Positions 57,179-64,000 of a DNA stretch of 64,000 nt are shown here, piece after piece. Each line of letters begins with the position of its first letter. Position 1 is the first letter of the stretch. Origin of the DNA: Thermoproteota archaeon (GTDB lineage Archaea > Thermoproteota > EX4484-205 > JAAOZP01); the NCBI GenBank assembly GCA_049700215.1, contig JBNAVT010000006.1, positions 21,731-85,730 of the forward strand, in the 5' to 3' direction. The translations under genes and the position numbers were made by a program. The notes below the pieces were generated by a model. It made no database searches, was not told where the DNA came from, and saw nothing but the letters and a program-made list of their open reading frames with translations.

Positions 57179-58723
57179 ATGGCCACGCTGGAACGGATTG
57201 TTCAGAGAACGCCCTTTGAAAAGATAGTTGGGCAGACCGTAATGGGCTATGTTAACGAGGTAAGAAGCTTCAGCGAGCTTGAGAAGATGGTTCTGGATAA
57301 TGCTTTAAGCGGGTTTATAATTGGCAGGAGAGCCTTGTCAGGGGTTAAGAACCCAGGCTCCTCTTTAAAGGAGCTGGCTGCCTCGTACAGGAGAACCCTG
57401 GGGTTCTCCCCCATAATTGCAGCCGAGCATGAGGGCAGGGGGCTTGAGGGTCTCTACCCGCCGCTAACAGAGCTGCCTAGTCAAATGGGTGTTGGCGCTA
57501 CCAGAGAGGCTAAGTCGGCATACATGACTGGTTACGTAACTGCTCTGGAATTGAGGACGCTCAGCATTAACACTAACCTTGCACCCGTAGCAAACCTCTA
57601 TTCTCCTGAAATTGGGGAGAACTGCTTCGGGGATGATCCTGATGAAGTATCTAGCTACGTGGTAAGCTACATAAGGGGTCTTAGAAACGGCGGTGTCCTG
57701 TCCTTCGTCAAATATTTTCCAGGAAGGTTTTCCGGAAAGTATGGTGGCGGGGAGGATCTTAACAGTCTTCTTAAGAATCACTTGAAGCCTTTTCAACAAG
57801 CCTTCAAATCAGGTGTTGAAGGAGTCGTAATCGGGCACAGCCCGCTCCCGGCATCGGGAGACATGGACACTCCGTCGTCACTATCGTCCAGGGTTGTCGA
57901 GAAAATAGTTAAGAGGGAAATGGGTTTTAAGAATCTTCTCATAACGGATTATTTGGACGATAAGCAGGTCTCTGAAAACTTTGAACTGGAGGAGGCTGCG
58001 ATGAAGGCTTTGAAGGCGGGTAACCATATTGTAGCACCTTCGAGAAGAATGGAGAAAACACAGGAGGTTTTGAACAGTATTATTGAAAAAGCTAAGGAGG
58101 ATAGGGGTTTTTACGAGAAAATAAGAAGCAGCGCCTTAGAGGTGCTGAGTTTTAAACTTAAAAAGTTTGAGAAGTTTAAAAAGACTCCTGACAAAACGCG
58201 TGGCAGCATTATAAACCAGACTAAGGCTTGGAAGATCTTTATTCGAAGCATAACCCTGGTGAAGGGTGTTGACGAACTACCCTTGAGATGGCTGGGTAAA
58301 CCCCTTATAGTAGTCACAGGGAAGCTTGAAGAGCAGCTTGAGGAATCAGGCAAGAGGGCTCTTGAAGAAGTCTTGAGGGAGGAGCTTGGGGAGTTTAATC
58401 TTTTAGAGCGTTTCGAAGAGGTTTCTGGAAAGATGCTTGGGGAGATTTACAGAAGCACCCCCAGTAATACGCTGCTACTGATACTTGCTTACAACATGCA
58501 TGAGAACAGGAGGGAGTCCTCCATGCTTAAGAAACTTGTGGATTTCTTCAGGGAAAGCATAGTTATATCGCTCGGATCCCCTGAGGACCTATCCCAGTTG
58601 AGCAGCGCTAAGATTTGCGTAGCTGCTTTCACCCCGAGTGTAACCGCCGTCAAGGCTGCTTTAAAGGTTTTAAAGGGGAAGTTTAAACCAGCAGGGAAGC
58701 CTCCTGTTAGAATAGAGTTGTAG
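57179..58723 (+). CDS. GH3 (NagZ-like) protein with a degenerate active site
   Basis: NLAPVA, FGDDP, KYFPG, LKPF, LITD, C-terminal G.F.PAGK.P. Confidence 0.8.
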   Translation: MATLERIVQRTPFEKIVGQTVMGYVNEVRSFSELEKMVLDNALSGFIIGRRALSGVKNPGSSLKELAASYRRTLGFSPIIAAEHEGRGLEGLYPPLTELPSQMGVGATREAKSAYMTGYVTALELRTLSINTNLAPVANLYSPEIGENCFGDDPDEVSSYVVSYIRGLRNGGVLSFVKYFPGRFSGKYGGGEDLNSLLKNHLKPFQQAFKSGVEGVVIGHSPLPASGDMDTPSSLSSRVVEKIVKREMGFKNLLITDYLDDKQVSENFELEEAAMKALKAGNHIVAPSRRMEKTQEVLNSIIEKAKEDRGFYEKIRSSALEVLSFKLKKFEKFKKTPDKTRGSIINQTKAWKIFIRSITLVKGVDELPLRWLGKPLIVVTGKLEEQLEESGKRALEEVLREELGEFNLLERFEEVSGKMLGEIYRSTPSNTLLLILAYNMHENRRESSMLKKLVDFFRESIVISLGSPEDLSQLSSAKICVAAFTPSVTAVKAALKVLKGKFKPAGKPPVRIEL

Positions 58724-58770
58724 GGTTACTCAGATGGGATTATATACTGGTTAATGCTTTTCTGAGGACG

Positions 58771-60447
58771 TTGAAGTGGTGGAGGATACGGTTTAAAAAA
58801 GGCGGTGAAGAAAGCTATCCGAACGCGTATAGGCTTGCCAACAATCTTCTAGAGGCTGGGTTTAAAGTCGGAAGGTTCGTGAAACTCAAGGGTGCCAGGG
58901 ACGCGGGCCTCGGGCCCGGGGACTTCCTGATCAGTATGGACGACGCTTATTCAGAACGCTTGATGAAGGATCTGGGTGAAGAGTACGGTGTGGAGTTGAA
59001 GCCTTTGAAAACTATTAACCAGCAGGGTGTTGCCTGGTTGCGGAGCCCGCTCATCGGGCTGTACAGTGGAAACGGTGTTTCAGTAACATATCTTAGGGAA
59101 ACAGTGGAGGCCTTGTTCAACATGGGTTTCAGGAGAATATCTCTTCTACCGGGGCCCTTAACGCTCGAGGACTTGAATGCTCTAGACGTCCTGGTGGTCG
59201 GCGGGGGAGATAGTTTTGAAATGCTCAGGTCGCTTGGGAGAGAGGAAGCCAGGATGATCAGGCAATTCATAGAGTCCGGGGGCATATACGTTGGAATATG
59301 CGCTGGCGCACTGCTTCTCCTTAAACCGGTTAACCTGCCTGTATCCGCGTACGGGGAGATAGAGGCTTCGAGCGAGCTGCAGATTATCGGATGCGAACTA
59401 CTGAGCGACACTGTTTCAGAGCCTTCCTGGCCTGTTTTCTCATGGAGACGGATCAGCGGGGTTTTAAGGACTTACCCTGTAACGGGCCTCGTAAAATCGA
59501 GGATTACGAGAAGAGGTTTGCTGACGCTAGGGTACAGGGGTGAGCTCCCAATGTTTCACACTGGCCCGCTTGTTAGAATCACGAGTGCTAAACAGGTTTT
59601 CGCGAAAATGGTGCTGCCTCTCACCGGCGTAGAGTACGGCGTGCCATGCGAGGAAACGCGTGAGATTTTGGAAGGCGCCAGCAGCATCGCTTTCACCGAA
59701 TACGGGTCTGGAAGGATCGTTCTGTTCCTCTCCCACGTGGAGAGCAGTAAAACTCCCTTCACGCACGGCCTGTTTGGGAACGCTGTGCTGCTAAAGGCCT
59801 ACTTGGGCGGGGGGAAGGCTAGTATTCCCTCCGCTGAAGCTGTGGAGCAGGAGACCCTTAGGGAAGCGTCTGAATCCTGCAGGATGCTGAAGCTGGTTCG
59901 GGACTCTGCGGGTAAGGTTGTCGACCAGATGGAGAGCGTCATACCCTGGCTCTACGCCGCCCGGCTTCCGGAGAGGGCGGCCAGGCTAAGCATGCTTAAA
60001 CAAGCATTAAGCAGTCTCCTGGAGGAAGAGGATGTTGCTCTAGGCTCGATCAGTGAATCCGTCGAGGCTGAGAAGCTGCTGCAGGAGCTTAGGAGGAAGA
60101 AACCGGCGCTGCTTCAGACAACCATTTTATCTGCTGATCTGGCGGAGTGGAAGTATGTTATCGGCAAGACTAGGAGAGCATTAACCCCTATTCTTGAAAG
60201 AATCATGAAGATCCAGGAGATGATGGCGGATTTCTCGGCTACGGTGGTGTCCTCCACTGGGGAGGAGATTGAGGGTAAGTTCGACCTCCTGTTTAACAGT
60301 ATTGTCGGCGGTAGAATGGCGGGTGGAAAAGGACTGTCTGTTTCACCGGGCATCGTCTCCCCGATGCTGGGCATAATCCTGAATATTCGGGATTCTCTTG
60401 AGAAGACAAGGTTTCTCAGGAAGATCCTTACGTATGTTCAACCGTAG
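58771..60447 (+). CDS. BPL-N-like class I glutamine amidotransferase-fold protein with a helical C-terminal domain
   Basis: DVLVVGGGD, FIESGGIYVGICAGA, YGSGRIVLFLSHVE. Confidence 0.7.
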   Translation: MKWWRIRFKKGGEESYPNAYRLANNLLEAGFKVGRFVKLKGARDAGLGPGDFLISMDDAYSERLMKDLGEEYGVELKPLKTINQQGVAWLRSPLIGLYSGNGVSVTYLRETVEALFNMGFRRISLLPGPLTLEDLNALDVLVVGGGDSFEMLRSLGREEARMIRQFIESGGIYVGICAGALLLLKPVNLPVSAYGEIEASSELQIIGCELLSDTVSEPSWPVFSWRRISGVLRTYPVTGLVKSRITRRGLLTLGYRGELPMFHTGPLVRITSAKQVFAKMVLPLTGVEYGVPCEETREILEGASSIAFTEYGSGRIVLFLSHVESSKTPFTHGLFGNAVLLKAYLGGGKASIPSAEAVEQETLREASESCRMLKLVRDSAGKVVDQMESVIPWLYAARLPERAARLSMLKQALSSLLEEEDVALGSISESVEAEKLLQELRRKKPALLQTTILSADLAEWKYVIGKTRRALTPILERIMKIQEMMADFSATVVSSTGEEIEGKFDLLFNSIVGGRMAGGKGLSVSPGIVSPMLGIILNIRDSLEKTRFLRKILTYVQP

Positions 60448-63400
60448 CTAAACGTATATTGACAAGGGTAGGTCCCGGTGGTACTCGTCTAAAGACATTG
60501 GCTCATGCTCGCAACCATTATTATTGTTTTTGAAACGTATTGCTTCAACTATCTTCTCAGCAACCTCGAGGCTCGTGATTACGGGTATTGCGAATTCTAC
60601 AGCCGTCCTTCTAATAGTATACATGTCTTCAAGAGTACTCTTATCTTTGAGGTCTGGAGTATTTATTACTAGGCCTACTCTGCCGCTTGCGAGGAAGCTT
60701 ATCGAGTCAACCCCGTCCTGAGACTTCTCGCTAAGCCTCCTGACCAGTATTACGTCCCTCAAACCGTTGGAAGCAAGGAAGTCCCTTGTGCGCCTGGTGG
60801 CGGCTATGGTGAAACCCATCTCCTTAAGCATCATAGCCAGATTTAAAGCCTTAGGCTTATCCTCGTCTCTCACCGTTATGAAAATGATGTCGTTTTCAGA
60901 CGGAAGGCTTAAGCCTGAGGACTCCCACGCCCGGGTGAAAGCATTTATGAAGTCATAGCCGATGCAGGCCACCTCCCCAGTCGACCTCATCTCTACACCT
61001 AGAACAGGGTCTGCTCCTTTAAGCCTGACGAACGAGAAAACCGGCACTTTAACGCCAATCGTCTTCTCGTTGTGCTTAAGCGAGTCTTTAAACTCCGTAA
61101 GCTTGCGCCCAGCAATAAGCTTTCCAGCGAGCCATACTAGGGGGATGCCTCTAGTCTTGCTTACGAAAGGCATTGTCCTGCTGGCTCTAACATTAGCCTC
61201 TATAACGTAGACCTCTGAATCCTTAACCAAGTACTGTATGTTAAAGGCCCCGACTATCCGGAGCTCCTTCGCAATCCTAACCGTGTAGTCCTTAATCTTC
61301 TCAACAACTTCTCCGGTAAGCCTCTGTGGAGGAATGATGATGGTGGCGTCGCCGCTGTGTGTCCCGGCGTACTCCAGATGCTCCATAACCCCGCCTATGA
61401 AGACGTCCTCGCCGTCGCTGACGGCATCTACTTCAGCCTCATACGCGTTTTCGAAAAACTTGCTTATGACTACAGAATGCTCCGGGGATATTCTGGTCGC
61501 GTTACGAATATATTCTACAAGCTCCTCCTCGTTCGCAGCAACATTCATCGCCGCCCCAGACAGCACGTAAGAGGGCCTTATCAGAACAGGATACCCTATC
61601 TCCCTTGCTTTCGCAACCGCCTCCTCCATGCTGGTAACCCTAGTCCAGACCGGCTGCTTTATGCCCAGATTATCAAGCAGAAGGCTGAACTTCGCCCTGT
61701 CCTCCGCGAAATCTATGCTCAGCGGAGAGGTTCCCAGGATTCTGACACCCTGCTTGTAGAGTTTTTGACTAATGTTAATCGGATCCTGTCCGCCCATCGT
61801 CACCACGACGCCCTCAGGGTTCTCAGCCTCCACAATATCCATCACCCTCTCGAAAGACAGTTCTTCGAAATACAGCTTATCCGACATGTCGTAGTCTGTG
61901 GAAACTGTTTCAGGATTATTGTTAACGACGATAACCTCGTCAAAACCCTCCTCCTTCATAGACCAGACTGTGTGCATGGTGCAGTAGTCAAACTCGACGC
62001 TGCTCCCAATCCTGTTCGTCCCAGCTCCAAGTATTACCACCTTCCTCCTGCCTGTGCTTTCCGAAACATCGCTGGCCTCGTCCCCGTACGTAGCGTAGAG
62101 GTAGTTCGTAACCGACTCCCACTCAGCAGCCATCGTGTCTATCAGTTTGAAGACTGGTTTTACACCATGCTTAATCCTGAAGCTCCTCACCTCGTCTTCA
62201 CTCCAACCGAGCCTCCTAGCTATCTGGATATCGGAGAACCCTAGTCTCTTCGCCTCCCTGATTTTCTCAACCAGCTTATCCTCGTCCCCCGTGCCTCTGA
62301 GCGAGCTGAGCTCCAAGTCAACACGGATTATGTTGAGGATCCTGTATAGGAACCATTTGTCTATGCCAGTGGCCCTGCTTATCTCCTCAACGCTGACCCC
62401 GTTTTTAATCGCCTTCACGATGTTGAAAAGCCTCTCGTCAGTCGGCTTTAGAAACTCGTGCAGGTCCGACGGCACGCCATTATCCTCTCCCTCGTTGCCA
62501 ACAACCCCCACCCTGCCTATTTGAAGCATCCTCACAGCCTTCTGCAAAGCCTCTTCAAAAGTCCTACCTATCGCCATGACCTCGCCCACAGACTTCATCA
62601 TAGTCCCTATCGTCCTATCAATATCGCCGGGGAACTTCCTGAAGTCCCACCTCGGATACTTTACCACAACATAGTCCAGAGCGGGTTCGAAACTAGCCTT
62701 AGTAATCCCAGTAACCTTGTTCGTTATCTCATCTATCCTATAGCCGACCGCCAGCTTCGCAGCCAAGTAGGCAAGGGGGTAGCCAGTCGCCTTAGAGGCT
62801 AAGGCACTTGACCTTGAGAGCCGGGGGTTAACTTCTACAACTATCAGCTCCCCGCTCTCAGGGTCGAGGCCGAACTGTATGTTACATTCTCCGACGATAC
62901 TGAGTTTCTCGACAATCCTCAGCCCAGCAGTCCTGATCCTATGATACTCCTTATTGGTGAGCGTCTGAATAGGCACGACAACAATCTTCTCTCCAGTGTG
63001 CACACCAAGAGGGTCGAAGCCCTCCATGGTGGCGACTGCAACAGCATTACCGTAATAGTCCCTCATGTACTCGTACTCAAGCTCCTTCCAGCCGAAGTAA
63101 GACCTCTCGATCAAAACCTCGCCGTTAAGACTCCACCTCAAGGCCCTGGAGACAGCGTCGCAAAGCTCATCCCTATTCCTAACTATGCCGGAGCTCTGAC
63201 CACCCAACGTAAAAGAAGTCCTCACGAGAAGCGGGAAACCCAGCTCGTCTGAAATCCTGAAAGCATCCTCAGGAGACCTCGCGACGCCGCTGGGAGGGAC
63301 ATTCAAGCCAATATCCCACATAGCCCTCCTGAAAAGATCCCTGTCCTCAGCCATCCTGATGGTTTCAATAGAGCAGCCCAACACCTTAACGCCATACTTT

Positions 63401-63735
63401 TCCAGAACACCGGCCTCGTGAAGAGCTATACCAAGGTTGAGAGCCGTCTGACCGCCGAAGCCCAGCAGAATCCCGTCAACCCTCTCCTTCTCAATTATTC
63501 TTGAAACAGACTTAACGGTCAACGGCTCAAGATAAACTTTGTCAGCCATCCTCCTGCTCGTCTGAATCGTCGCAACATTCGGGTTGACTATAACAGTCTC
63601 AATGCCCTCCTCCCTCAAAGCCTTCAAAGCCTGACTTGATGAGTAATCAAATTCCGCCGCTTGAGCAATTATGATTCCTCCGCTTCCTATGACGAGTGCT
63701 TTTCTAATATCGCTCATCCTAGGCATTCGTAACAC
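60448..63735 (-). CDS. carB: Carbamoyl-phosphate synthase large subunit
   Basis: IGSG.I.IAQAAEFDYS, EVNPRLSRSSALASKATGYP, NNNPETVSTDYD, MRSTGEV, C-terminal MGS domain. Confidence 0.98.
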   Translation of the reverse strand: MLRMPRMSDIRKALVIGSGGIIIAQAAEFDYSSSQALKALREEGIETVIVNPNVATIQTSRRMADKVYLEPLTVKSVSRIIEKERVDGILLGFGGQTALNLGIALHEAGVLEKYGVKVLGCSIETIRMAEDRDLFRRAMWDIGLNVPPSGVARSPEDAFRISDELGFPLLVRTSFTLGGQSSGIVRNRDELCDAVSRALRWSLNGEVLIERSYFGWKELEYEYMRDYYGNAVAVATMEGFDPLGVHTGEKIVVVPIQTLTNKEYHRIRTAGLRIVEKLSIVGECNIQFGLDPESGELIVVEVNPRLSRSSALASKATGYPLAYLAAKLAVGYRIDEITNKVTGITKASFEPALDYVVVKYPRWDFRKFPGDIDRTIGTMMKSVGEVMAIGRTFEEALQKAVRMLQIGRVGVVGNEGEDNGVPSDLHEFLKPTDERLFNIVKAIKNGVSVEEISRATGIDKWFLYRILNIIRVDLELSSLRGTGDEDKLVEKIREAKRLGFSDIQIARRLGWSEDEVRSFRIKHGVKPVFKLIDTMAAEWESVTNYLYATYGDEASDVSESTGRRKVVILGAGTNRIGSSVEFDYCTMHTVWSMKEEGFDEVIVVNNNPETVSTDYDMSDKLYFEELSFERVMDIVEAENPEGVVVTMGGQDPINISQKLYKQGVRILGTSPLSIDFAEDRAKFSLLLDNLGIKQPVWTRVTSMEEAVAKAREIGYPVLIRPSYVLSGAAMNVAANEEELVEYIRNATRISPEHSVVISKFFENAYEAEVDAVSDGEDVFIGGVMEHLEYAGTHSGDATIIIPPQRLTGEVVEKIKDYTVRIAKELRIVGAFNIQYLVKDSEVYVIEANVRASRTMPFVSKTRGIPLVWLAGKLIAGRKLTEFKDSLKHNEKTIGVKVPVFSFVRLKGADPVLGVEMRSTGEVACIGYDFINAFTRAWESSGLSLPSENDIIFITVRDEDKPKALNLAMMLKEMGFTIAATRRTRDFLASNGLRDVILVRRLSEKSQDGVDSISFLASGRVGLVINTPDLKDKSTLEDMYTIRRTAVEFAIPVITSLEVAEKIVEAIRFKNNNNGCEHEPMSLDEYHRDLPLSIYV

Positions 63736-64000
63736 CTTTTGTTTGAATAATTATCGAAAAATTTAGATGGATGCAGATTGCTGGAAGCTTTCTCGCGCCT
63801 CCTCTTTTACTATCCTGTGTTGCTTTCGCCACTGAGGTATCTGAGGAGGGAGAAAAGGATTCTATACTATTTAAACGTTTCTAAAGGGTTTTGTATGGTG
63901 GAAAGGGGAAAATAGCATGCCGGAGCCTTTATTTTCAGCCTTACATAACGGGATTTATGCTTATCGCGCACGCTTGGCTAATAAGAATTTCTTCATGAAG

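Noticed and set aside
60524-63252. Many plus-strand ORFs opposite carB, and similar shadow ORFs across the window
   Set aside because: Antisense shadows of well-supported genes with no motifs of their own.

Overview
Archaeal DNA, TACK-like by gene content and codon style; a Brockarchaeota/Bathyarchaeia-type lineage is my inference. Core genes sit at both ends: rpl3-rpl4-rpl23-rpl2 on the left; apgM x2, endoQ, trmI, rqcH, hjc and carB on the right. Between them lies a ~42 kb accessory mosaic (about 2.8-44.6 kb) of toxin-antitoxin pairs, a decayed polymorphic-toxin-like locus, glycan/peptide catabolism genes, transporters and many gene fragments. No tRNA, rRNA, CRISPR array, integrase or transposase was recognised. 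Three signals stand out. (1) A short self-complementary motif AG(CG)nCT, typically AGCGCGCGCT, recurs at module borders and at or within a few bases of the breakpoints of several truncated genes, suggesting an undescribed recombination or end-joining system that builds the mosaic. (2) A ~205-nt, promoter-equipped, highly base-paired candidate ncRNA (50107-50311, minus strand) matches no family I recognise. (3) A putative multi-subunit uptake system with no ATPase in the locus: a 1499-aa PA/M28-like ectodomain fused to a MacB/FtsX permease, plus three OPT-like membrane paralogs, two of which show patchy gene conversion.
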